64,000 nt of DNA from the IMG/VR virus record IMGVR_UViG_3300044655_001017. One strand, given 5' to 3'. The position numbers and the translations under genes are program-made. A model generated the notes under the pieces. That model was not told where the DNA came from. It saw nothing but the letters and a program-made list of their open reading frames with translations, and did no database searches. This document shows, piece by piece, positions 10,806 through 19,121 of this stretch; within the stretch, counting starts at the first letter, position 1, and the number at the start of each line of letters is the position of its first letter. This DNA is from a virus (lineage: Duplodnaviria > Caudoviricetes).

Positions 10806-10982
10806 TTATTTTAGCAGTGCATCAAACGCTCCGCAAAACCCTGCAAACGCTATTGTTATCGGAGTAGCAACCAGCATCCACGTTACCGCGTCCACCATGA
10901 AGTTCATAACTCCATATTGCGTGTTACGCGCGTTTGCTTGTTTGTTTAAAAAATTTTGTACTGTTTGTTGTTTAGTTTGCAT
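10806..10982 (-). CDS. Small membrane protein
   Basis: 58 aa, hydrophobic C-terminal half; own promoter. Confidence 0.6.
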   Translation of the reverse strand: MQTKQQTVQNFLNKQANARNTQYGVMNFMVDAVTWMLVATPITIAFAGFCGAFDALLK

Positions 10983-11309
10983 AGTAGTAAGCACGCTGTT
11001 GTTGTTTAGTAAGTGCATAGTATAGCACGTTTAAAAATAATTGCAAGCTTTATTTGTATATTGTTTTCCGGTTGCCCAACACCTGCGAAGCCGGGGGGGG
11101 GGGGTGGTTGGTCGGTCTGTCCGATTGCCTAGCGGTCTAGTCCGGCTCTGTGGTGTGCATAGTATAGCACGTTTGTGTTGTAATTGCAAGCACTTTTTTA
11201 TTTAATTTTAGCATAGTAGTTTGCACGCTGTAGTTGTTTAAGTAGTGCATAGTATAGCATAGTTAAAACAAAAACGCAAGCACTTTTTACAGTGCTTGCG
11301 CTTGCTATG

Positions 11310-11693
11310 TTATTTAAGCACTGCTATTATTTGCACGTTATTAGTGCTTAATTCGTCTTGTGCATTGCTTTGCTCTTGTGCATTAAACTTATTTACAAAA
11401 GCTTGCATTGCACTATTTTGTTGCTCGTTATGATGTTCGCCTTGTTGTAGTGCAACAAGTGTTGCAGCTAATTCCGTGCATTGCACGTTTAAAGTGTAAA
11501 ATACTATATCGCTATGCTCTTTTGTTGCTAAAAGCGTGCTTACGCGTGCTTGCGCTGTTTTATCTGTAAAGCGTACTTTATAACCTATTGTCGCTTTAAC
11601 GTGCAAGCTTGCGCCTACTGCTATTACTTTTTTAGTGCTTGCGTTAATGCTGTTAACTACAATGTTTTGCACGCTAATGTTGCTGTTTGTCAT
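11310..11693 (-). CDS. Hypothetical early protein, paralog of 8733..9113
   Basis: Shared KATIG.K.RF...ARVSTL.ATK.HSDI segment. Confidence 0.8.
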   Translation of the reverse strand: MTNSNISVQNIVVNSINASTKKVIAVGASLHVKATIGYKVRFTDKTAQARVSTLLATKEHSDIVFYTLNVQCTELAATLVALQQGEHHNEQQNSAMQAFVNKFNAQEQSNAQDELSTNNVQIIAVLK

Positions 11694-11902
11694 TTTCTCG
11701 CTCCGAGTGTTGCACTAAAATAGTGCTATTAGTTAATACTGCTGTTTGTTACTACAAGTGCTATTATACGCTGTTTATTTGCACTTGTAAAGCGTTTTTT
11801 TAAAATACTTTTAAAACGCTTTTTTGTTGCACTGCTTTACTACAAAAACTATTATACGCTTTTTTGCGTAAATGTAAAGCGTTTTTTTATTTTATTTTTT
11901 GC

Positions 11903-11931
11903 TTGCATTTACTGTTTTATTGTGTTATAAT
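11903..11931 (+). promoter_or_regulatory. Sigma70 extended -10 promoter with no downstream ORF
   Basis: TTGCAT-N17-TATAAT with TG. Confidence 0.6.
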
Positions 11932-11975
11932 AGCGCAAGCGTAAAGCCCGCGCTACCGGTTCTCTCTATACCGCC

Positions 11976-12173
11976 TTACCTCATATCGCTGTCCGCCGCT
12001 TTATCACAGCGTGTCGCATATCCGGTGAGCACCGACTCATTCAACTTATCGAGGAGTTGAACTTCCATTGCCCGGTGTTGTTGGCACTCAGCTAGTGTTG
12101 GATATATGAATGTGTTATCAATTTCCTGCGCCCCAATAAACATCATCACTTTCAATATATATAATGCTTCCAT
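11976..12173 (-). CDS. Small hypothetical protein
   Basis: GGAGC RBS, own promoter. Confidence 0.6.
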   Translation of the reverse strand: MEALYILKVMMFIGAQEIDNTFIYPTLAECQQHRAMEVQLLDKLNESVLTGYATRCDKAADSDMR

Positions 12174-12501
12174 TGTTCTTGCTCCGCTTGTTACGTTAGC
12201 TTTATTGCTAACTTGCATATAGTATAGCAAACTATTAAACTATATGCAAGTGTTTTGTTTTCGACTAGTCCACTAATGCACTTGCTCTAAGATCCACAAA
12301 GTTCGCATACTTCATTGTGTCTTTTGTTTCTCTGCGCTCACGTAGTAGTGCAGTCCGGGCACGCTCGACTTCTCTGCGGGTCTGTACACCAATTAGTCTT
12401 GCGCTCAACACTGCCGTATATTCTTGTACCGGTTTCATTCTATGCTCCTAATGGTTTCAAAAGTTCGTTGTTGTCAGCACGTCCATGTGCCCTGTGTTAG
12501 T

Positions 12502-12801
12502 TTATAGTCCGTACATTTCAGCTACGCTGTTTGCCACACGTCCGTCGTTACCCCATTGTACTTTAATGCAACCCGGATGTTCATTGCCCAGTGCTGCCAA
12601 CTTAGCAAGTGCCAATTCCCAGTTGTTTAGTTTGTCTACTGGTTTCGGAGCGTCAGCACTTGTAAAGTAGTTAGCTGGTGGTACCTTACGTTCCGGAACA
12701 TTGCTTTTACTTGTTTTCACTTTGCCGCCTGCTTCCAAAAACGCTTGTACTGCATTGTTTGTTGCTGTGTTTTTTGCTTGTTTGTTTGTATTAGTAAACA
12801 T
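12502..12801 (-). CDS. Hypothetical early protein (AV.AFL..GG family, cf. 14451)
   Basis: Promoter cassette; AFLEAGGK resembles MFLATGGA in 14451. Confidence 0.65.
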   Translation of the reverse strand: MFTNTNKQAKNTATNNAVQAFLEAGGKVKTSKSNVPERKVPPANYFTSADAPKPVDKLNNWELALAKLAALGNEHPGCIKVQWGNDGRVANSVAEMYGL

Positions 12802-12976
12802 AATTTGCACGCTGTAGTAGTGTTAACAGTTAAACGTTATTGCTTAACTTGCATATAGTATAGCAAAGCAAAACTGGTATGTAAAGCGTTTTTTTTAAGT
12901 GTTGTTTCCATTGTGCCCACGCGTGTACACATAAACAGCGGGGCCTTTTCGGCACTTCCCTGTGCCGTTGTATCCG

Positions 12977-13318
12977 TTATAGTCCCGATCCGCATAAGCA
13001 GTTATACACAAACTCAGCATCCTGTAATGCCACATTGTTTATGTAATCCACTAAGTCCTTGTGCTCCTCTACTTCCTCTACAAACGCTTGTACCGCAGCA
13101 TCATCGTTCCACAAGTCATCATGTGCTTCGTAATGTCTGTTGTATATTGTTACCATTTGCGCAATTATATGCACCGGATGTTCAGTAGTGCCCCACTCCT
13201 CCGCATAGTTCTCGTCCGCCAACATAAACACTGTACTTGTTACGCTGGGAGTTAGCGGGTACTTGCTTGTGTTTGCGTTTGCTGTGTTAATTTTTGTTGC
13301 TGTAGTAGTATTTTGCAT
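12977..13318 (-). CDS. Hypothetical protein, tandem duplicate 1
   Basis: Near-identical C-terminal half to 13487 (IYNRHYEAHDDLWNDDAA). Confidence 0.75.
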   Translation of the reverse strand: MQNTTTATKINTANANTSKYPLTPSVTSTVFMLADENYAEEWGTTEHPVHIIAQMVTIYNRHYEAHDDLWNDDAAVQAFVEEVEEHKDLVDYINNVALQDAEFVYNCLCGSGL

Positions 13319-13486
13319 AGTTAGCACGCTGTAGTTATAAGTTAGCTTAATTGCTAACTTGTACATATTATAGCACGTTTAAACATTTTGTAAAGCGTTT
13401 TTTTAAGTTTTGTTTTCGCTGTTACCATACGCGTGTACACATAGCAGCGGGGCCTTTCCGAGCACGTCCATGTGCTCTGTGTTATC

Positions 13487-13834
13487 TTACAAGCCCGAGC
13501 AACATAAGCAATCATACACAAACACTGTGTTCTGTAATGCCACATTGTTTATGTAATCCACTAACTTCGCATTGTCCTCAACTTCCTCTATACACGCTTG
13601 CATCGCAGCATCATCGTTCCACAAGTCATCATGTGCTTCGTAATGTCTGTTGTATATCTCTGCTATCTTTAATACTATGTGTGTCGGATGTGTCGTTGTG
13701 CTCCACTCCTCCGCAAAGCTCGCATCCGCCAACAGTGCCAGCACACTTGTTTTGCTCGGATAGTACCCGGGCAATTTGCTTGTGTTTACGTTTTGTGTGT
13801 TAATTTTTGTTGCTGTAGTAGTATTAGTTTGCAT
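13487..13834 (-). CDS. Hypothetical protein, tandem duplicate 2
   Basis: Paralog of 12977 with duplicated promoter and CAGCGGGGCC. Confidence 0.75.
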   Translation of the reverse strand: MQTNTTTATKINTQNVNTSKLPGYYPSKTSVLALLADASFAEEWSTTTHPTHIVLKIAEIYNRHYEAHDDLWNDDAAMQACIEEVEDNAKLVDYINNVALQNTVFVYDCLCCSGL

Positions 13835-14013
13835 AATAAGCACGCTGTAGTAGTGTTAACAGTTAAGCGTTATTGCTTAACTTGTACATAGTATAACACG
13901 TTTAAACATTTTGTAAAGCGGTATTTTAGAGTATTGTTTCCGACATAACCGGGGGGGGGGTGGTCGGTCGGTCTGTCAGATTGCTTGGCACTTCCCTGTG
14001 CTCGATATATCAG

Positions 14014-14385
14014 TTATGCCATTATGCTCGCTACTTCAGTGTATCGTTGTTTCAATCTTTCGATCATATGGAGTAAGTCGACATTAAAGACTAAGTCATA
14101 TACATCGCTTTCCGTTGTACTCACTATACCAATTGCACTCGTGTAATGGAGTTGTTCGACTATAGTCGTTACAGTCGTTACATCTATTTTCAATTGTTTC
14201 GATACTTCGGCTAGTAACACTTTCGAAACTGTCTTGCGATCTCTGTCCGCTAGTCTATGAAACCCTTTTGCCAACATCCTTGCAACATCGGTATTTTGGC
14301 GTATCGTTGCACCAATGCTATCGTTATGCTCGTGTAACTCGTTTAAAAACTTAATATGGTTTCTCAATACTGTTTGGATAATCAT
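14014..14385 (-). CDS. Hypothetical protein
   Basis: 123 aa, GGAGCG RBS. Confidence 0.65.
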   Translation of the reverse strand: MIIQTVLRNHIKFLNELHEHNDSIGATIRQNTDVARMLAKGFHRLADRDRKTVSKVLLAEVSKQLKIDVTTVTTIVEQLHYTSAIGIVSTTESDVYDLVFNVDLLHMIERLKQRYTEVASIMA

Positions 14386-14450
14386 TATGCGCTCCAGTTA
14401 ATCAGTTAAGTACGCGCATACTCGATATATGCGCGTGTAAACAGCGGGGT

Positions 14451-14717
14451 CTATTGGCGTGCTTTGATTGCCGATTGCACCTGCTTGTTCAACAGCCCAA
14501 TTGCCGCTAGCTCCTCTTTAGCTTGTTCCCATGTGTATCGTTGTTTCTCTACTACAACTACGCGGGGAGTATGGACTTGTGATACTGTAGTGCGTCCTCT
14601 GCGTCCTGTTTTAGTTGTTTTAATTGCTCCTCCGGTTGCTAAGAACATTGCCACGCGAGCCGCTAACTCCGCTGCTTGTTGTTGTTTAACTTCGTTGTTC
14701 ATAATACCTGTTGCCAT
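14451..14717 (-). CDS. Hypothetical protein
   Basis: 88 aa, coupled to upstream ORF. Confidence 0.6.
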   Translation of the reverse strand: MATGIMNNEVKQQQAAELAARVAMFLATGGAIKTTKTGRRGRTTVSQVHTPRVVVVEKQRYTWEQAKEELAAIGLLNKQVQSAIKARQ

Positions 14718-14878
14718 TATACACGCTCCGCTTTATCGTTAATGTCAGTTTCTTCAGTTTGCTCACAATCCCAACATGGTTCAAGCTCATCTGTTTCCAT
14801 GTTGTATAGTACAGTCAAGTCCCCACACGTAGTGCAATACGCGCGTAGTGGGTAAGTGTTTTTGTATTGTACTTGCAT
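14717..14878 (-). CDS. Small Zn-ribbon-like protein
   Basis: CTTC...CWDC. Confidence 0.55.
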   Translation of the reverse strand: MQVQYKNTYPLRAYCTTCGDLTVLYNMETDELEPCWDCEQTEETDINDKAERV

Positions 14879-14983
14879 AATTTTTACACGCTGTTTTGTT
14901 AATGTGTGCATATTATAGCATTGTAACACGCGCATTGCAAGTAGTTTGTTAACCGCAATGCGCGTGTACATAAGCAGCGGGGC

Positions 14984-15400
14984 CTATACGGTAGTTACGA
15001 GCAACAAGTTGTCCAACACATCCGCTTTAGCTCTGTATACCATGTTGCCGTGTCTCGTATGCTCAATTACAATCCCATTTGCCTCACACCACAAGTCCAA
15101 ACGCGCTGCTCTTAAGCTCACTTTATCTTTAAACTGTGGTTTGTTGACTTTAACGGCAATAAACTTTTTTCTGTAGTTCATAAACACGTTGCTCTGTATA
15201 TACACATCCTCAATGTGTGCTAACAACGCTTCCCCTGCGCTCAATTGCACTAAGCTATACAAACTCTCATTCTCAGCGTCTCTGCGTTTAATATCCTCTA
15301 AGCACACGTAAGCTGGAAGTTTGACGTCATCCGATGTGTGTGATACAGCGTGTACAATAGCAGTAGCTGTGTTTTTGAGTAATTTAGTAGTTGTTGACAT
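14984..15400 (-). CDS. Hypothetical protein
   Basis: 138 aa, promoter cassette. Confidence 0.65.
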   Translation of the reverse strand: MSTTTKLLKNTATAIVHAVSHTSDDVKLPAYVCLEDIKRRDAENESLYSLVQLSAGEALLAHIEDVYIQSNVFMNYRKKFIAVKVNKPQFKDKVSLRAARLDLWCEANGIVIEHTRHGNMVYRAKADVLDNLLLVTTV

Positions 15401-15505
15401 ATGATACGCTCCGAAAGTTATGTTAAGTTTTAAACAGTTAGCTGTTTTGCTAACTTGTACATATTATAGCAAACTAAGTACAAGTTAGCAAGTGATATTT
15501 TTGAA

Positions 15506-15694
15506 CTATAGTTCCACTAGCTCGCCGCGTGCTACTGCGTCCGCAGCTTCTAGTTCCTCTTTATAGAACTTGTTGATAGCATTGTTTGTTTCGAGATACG
15601 ATTTGGAGTTTTTGGCTTGTGTACGCAATTGGCGTGTGAGCATGTTAATGTATTTGATACGCGCGGCGCTTGTGATGTAAAGTATTTTTTGCAT
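15506..15694 (-). CDS. Small helical protein, paralog of 16161
   Basis: NSKSYLETN vs NSKAYLEAN. Confidence 0.6.
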   Translation of the reverse strand: MQKILYITSAARIKYINMLTRQLRTQAKNSKSYLETNNAINKFYKEELEAADAVARGELVEL

Positions 15695-15793
15695 AATATA
15701 CACGCTATAGTTATAAGTTAGCTTAATTGCTAACTTGTACATATTATAGCAAACTATATACAAGTTAGCAAATGGTATTTTAGAACTTTGTTT

Positions 15794-16066
15794 TCACCCT
15801 TCCGGATAGCAACCAGCTTCCATCATTGCATAGATAACTCGTTCTCTTGGTAGAGTATCTTGATATACCAGCGAGTTGATTAACTGATCGTAGTCGCCGC
15901 TTTTCATATAACTGATTAAACACTTTTGGTTGTACTTGCCATCTTCAATTGCCAAGTCCATAAAGTCCCACTCATCTGCTTCGGCATACTCTTTTGCTTG
16001 AGCATTGAAGTCGGTAACACATTGTTTGAGGGTAGCGATTACAACAGGATTAGTAGTGTTTGGCAT
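15794..16066 (-). CDS. Hypothetical protein
   Basis: 90 aa, own promoter. Confidence 0.65.
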   Translation of the reverse strand: MPNTTNPVVIATLKQCVTDFNAQAKEYAEADEWDFMDLAIEDGKYNQKCLISYMKSGDYDQLINSLVYQDTLPRERVIYAMMEAGCYPEG

Positions 16067-16160
16067 AGTAGTTTACACGCTGTAGTAGTTAAGTAAGTGT
16101 ATATTATAAAGCATTGCAGGCGGTTTGTAAAGAACTTTGTTAACCGCCTGCCGGTATATA

Positions 16161-16418
16161 CTACGCGGCTTCTAATTGCGCCAATGCAAACGCTTCATCA
16201 AGTGCCATCTCCGCAATGTATATACGGTTTAACTGAGTGTTGGCTTCCAGGTAAGCTTTGGAGTTAACACGCGCGGCACTGATTTGAGAGCGGAGCGAAC
16301 GGATTTGGCGGGCGGTCGCTTCCGATACAAGGCGCTTTGGCTTTTGGGCAGCTGCCTCCGCTTCGGCTTGCTTGTGTGCTTTAAGTTTGGCTGCTAACGA
16401 TACATTGTATTTTGACAT
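16161..16418 (-). CDS. Small helical protein, paralog of 15506
   Basis: Own promoter. Confidence 0.65.
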   Translation of the reverse strand: MSKYNVSLAAKLKAHKQAEAEAAAQKPKRLVSEATARQIRSLRSQISAARVNSKAYLEANTQLNRIYIAEMALDEAFALAQLEAA

Positions 16419-16587
16419 AGTAGTTTACACGCTTGTTGTTAAGTAAGTGCATATTATACTATAGTATGCACTGGTTGTCAAGAACTTTATATTCACCCGC
16501 GCTCGCACACGCGTAAACAGCGGGGTCTATCCGGGGGGGGGGAGGTCGGTCGGATTGGCCGGTTATTCGCTGCCCCCAATCTATCGG

Positions 16588-16761
16588 TTACTCATCGTCC
16601 CATATGTCGTCCCAGTCTATTGGTGTGTAGGCATCATCTATATCGTCTCCCCAGTCTTCGTCCATTCCTGCAAAGAACTCTTTTCGCTCTTGCATTAAGG
16701 TCGCACCGCGTGTTTGAAGTATTGCTAACTGCTCTCTTAAGTTTTGCTCTATAGCTTCCAT
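16588..16761 (-). CDS. 57-aa protein with Asp/Trp-rich tail (not in ORF track)
   Basis: GGAG RBS; ...DEDWGDDIDDAYTPIDWDDIWDDE*. Confidence 0.6.
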   Translation of the reverse strand: MEAIEQNLREQLAILQTRGATLMQERKEFFAGMDEDWGDDIDDAYTPIDWDDIWDDE

Positions 16762-16825
16762 AACAGCTCCGACTAATTAGTTAAGTCGCCCCGCCATACA
16801 CACATATGCAGCGGGGCCTATTACT

Positions 16826-17179
16826 CTATGCTACTGCTAACTCAGCTTCCAGTGCATCTGCTGCTGCCGCGTAGTCCACTTCCTCAACTACTACACTTTG
16901 TGGAGCAACCACTGTGTACTTGCTAAAGAAGTCATCGAATGCTTGTTGTGCATCTAAGTCCTCTAACTCTGTGTAGTTCTTAATTGCCATTGCTGCATCA
17001 TACTTGGTCATTGCACCGTCTAGCGCAAACAATCTAATGTCTGTGTGTCCATTGCGTTGTAACACTTTCACACGATCCGCTTTGTTAGCAAATCGTACTT
17101 TGTACACACCATTTAAGTTGCTGATGCCAGCGAAAGTAAATGTTTTTTCAACTGCAGTAACTGTGATTAAGTTTGACAT
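16826..17179 (-). CDS. Hypothetical early protein (KVRFAN..RV..L..NGHTDI family)
   Basis: Close paralog of 35649..36134. Confidence 0.75.
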   Translation of the reverse strand: MSNLITVTAVEKTFTFAGISNLNGVYKVRFANKADRVKVLQRNGHTDIRLFALDGAMTKYDAAMAIKNYTELEDLDAQQAFDDFFSKYTVVAPQSVVVEEVDYAAAADALEAELAVA

Positions 17180-17273
17180 ATTGTACGCTCCAAAAAATAG
17201 AAAAGTTAAGTTGTTTTACTGCTAGTTAGCTAACGCGCTTGTTAGCTAACTTGTTACATATTATACAGCATTT

Positions 17274-17507
17274 TTAAAACATTGCAAGCATTTTGTTTTC
17301 TCTTGCTTCAAGTATTGCATCAATACGCGCCTCAACACTCTCTGCGCTCTCAAGTGTTGTCCAGCCGCCGTTGTTGTGGCGTCCATCTTGTACTGAAGTT
17401 TCCATAATTCCTGTGTTTCTATTTTTATACTCCGACACTGTGATAGTAGTGTTAAAGTAGATAGTAACGATGTTGTTGCTTGTTGTAGTAATTTTTAATT
17501 TATACAT
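17274..17507 (-). CDS. Hypothetical protein
   Basis: HNNGGW motif; GGAGCG RBS. Confidence 0.6.
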   Translation of the reverse strand: MYKLKITTTSNNIVTIYFNTTITVSEYKNRNTGIMETSVQDGRHNNGGWTTLESAESVEARIDAILEARENKMLAMF

Positions 17508-17737
17508 AATACGCGCTCCGCATTGTTGTTTAACTTGTACATAGTATAGCAAACTTATTTTGGTTTGTAAAGAAGTTTTAAATCACTAGCTCATACCAGT
17601 TCAATACAGCGATTGCGCTCAATAATACGATAGTAGTGAATACTGCGAATGTGTGTATAAACGACATTTTGTTTGCTCCTCATATATATAGTACACGCAT
17701 AGTATAGCAAACTACATACAGGTTGTCAACTGGTTTG

Positions 17738-18304
17738 TTACTCGGTGTATGCCGCCATTACCAATCCCACATAGTTCTGAGTCTCCGGATATGGTGGAAC
17801 CTTATTCTTATGCCGCATCACCGCATGCTCGCCCGCATTGTAACCGGCTACTGCTAGTTTGGTATCTTTGAATGTATCGAGCAAGAACCTTAGGAACCGA
17901 ACTCCACCTTCAATGTTCTGTCTTTCATCCATCCGATCACTCACTCCAAATCGCTCTGCCGTTGCCGGCATCAGCTGCATCAATCCAGCCGCACCTTTCT
18001 TACTTACAGCCGATTTGCGATATGTACTTTCCGTTTTAATGACTGCATGTACCAACTTCTCATCCACTCCATACTTCTTTGCAGCGATATGAACATAGTG
18101 ATTGACTTCCCATCGGGTTAATGGTTTGGTCTCCGGTTTCGCTACTATAGTAGTATGAACAACTGGTTTGGCTGCAGTATTGATCTCAACCGGATGATCT
18201 GTTAACCAAACTCGCCCATCCGCTCCCGTATATCTATATACATCCGCATTCACCGGCATTACTACTATAGTAGCGAGAATGGCAGCGCGGATCATTTGGC
18301 GCAC
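17738..18304 (-). CDS. Lytic transglycosylase (SLT) with signal peptide and DUF4124-like N-terminus
   Basis: AVIKTES, GLMQLMP, AGYNAG, PPYPETQNYV; DVYRYTGADG. Confidence 0.9.
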   Translation of the reverse strand: MRQMIRAAILATIVVMPVNADVYRYTGADGRVWLTDHPVEINTAAKPVVHTTIVAKPETKPLTRWEVNHYVHIAAKKYGVDEKLVHAVIKTESTYRKSAVSKKGAAGLMQLMPATAERFGVSDRMDERQNIEGGVRFLRFLLDTFKDTKLAVAGYNAGEHAVMRHKNKVPPYPETQNYVGLVMAAYTE

Positions 18305-18588
18305 TCTGCTGCGAACTTAACCATTGCTGCATACTCTGGATTGGCTACAGCGGTGACTACATGAGTAAGTAAATGAGCAATCATTGTAATCCCACCGATC
18401 CATGCTACGATCATTACACATGCATAGGTAAACGCATCCGATCCATTGAACTCATCTTTTAATAACTTAAACAGATAGTATGATCCAGCTAATACTCCAG
18501 ATATTACTACTATAGCGGCAATGTCTGGAATGGTGTCTATAATAGCTTGCTTTGCCAATAACTCTTGTGGTACATTGCATAACTTCAT
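18292..18588 (-). CDS. Two-TM membrane protein
   Basis: Two hydrophobic helices; overlaps SLT start. Confidence 0.65.
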   Translation of the reverse strand: MKLCNVPQELLAKQAIIDTIPDIAAIVVISGVLAGSYYLFKLLKDEFNGSDAFTYACVMIVAWIGGITMIAHLLTHVVTAVANPEYAAMVKFAAECAK

Positions 18589-18989
18589 AACGCGCTCCGC
18601 AGTTGTTGTTTAACTTGTACATATTATAGCATACACAGCGGGGTCTGTAAAGAACTTTGTTACTCGTATACGCCCACTTGTATGTGCGCGTGTAGCGTGT
18701 TATATTATAAGCGCATAGCATACTATAGTATAAGTATGCTCACGCACTATAGCGCATTTATACGCGATATACGCTATGATACACTATAGTATAATAATAA
18801 GCGCATATACACATATGAGTAACTATGCACAGCGGGGCCTTTTATAGGTCCAGGACTCGATAATAACTCGTCATCTTCGGTTTTTGGCCCGCGTCGTTAG
18901 CGGTCTGCAACACCATGATTTTGCCGTTTTTCACGTTTATAGACCGACCTAGTACCAGAGTACAGGGTCCGGTTAAAAAGAATAAGAAA

Positions 18990-19104
18990 AAGCTCACTTT
19001 AGGGAGCGAATCTAAAGTGAGCTTATAGAGTTACTATAGTATAGGGAGCGAATCTATACTATAGTATATAGAGTATAGTTGGGAGCGAATCAACTATACT
19101 CTAT
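18990..19104. repeat. Three tandem perfect hairpins with identical loop GGAGCGAAT
   Basis: Stems 13/13/14 bp of different sequence. Confidence 0.95.
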
Positions 19105-19121
19105 TCATATGCGCGTTATTA

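Noticed and set aside
10241-10822. UV-dimer avoidance as the explanation for YC loss
   Set aside because: TT, the main dimer site, is abundant; a UV mutational footprint remains possible but avoidance does not fit
9221-18839. Match to known Chi sites (B. subtilis AGCGG, L. lactis GCGCGTG)
   Set aside because: The matches are only 5-7 nt and the host clues (DUF4124-SLT, lipoprotein) look proteobacterial; treated as coincidence
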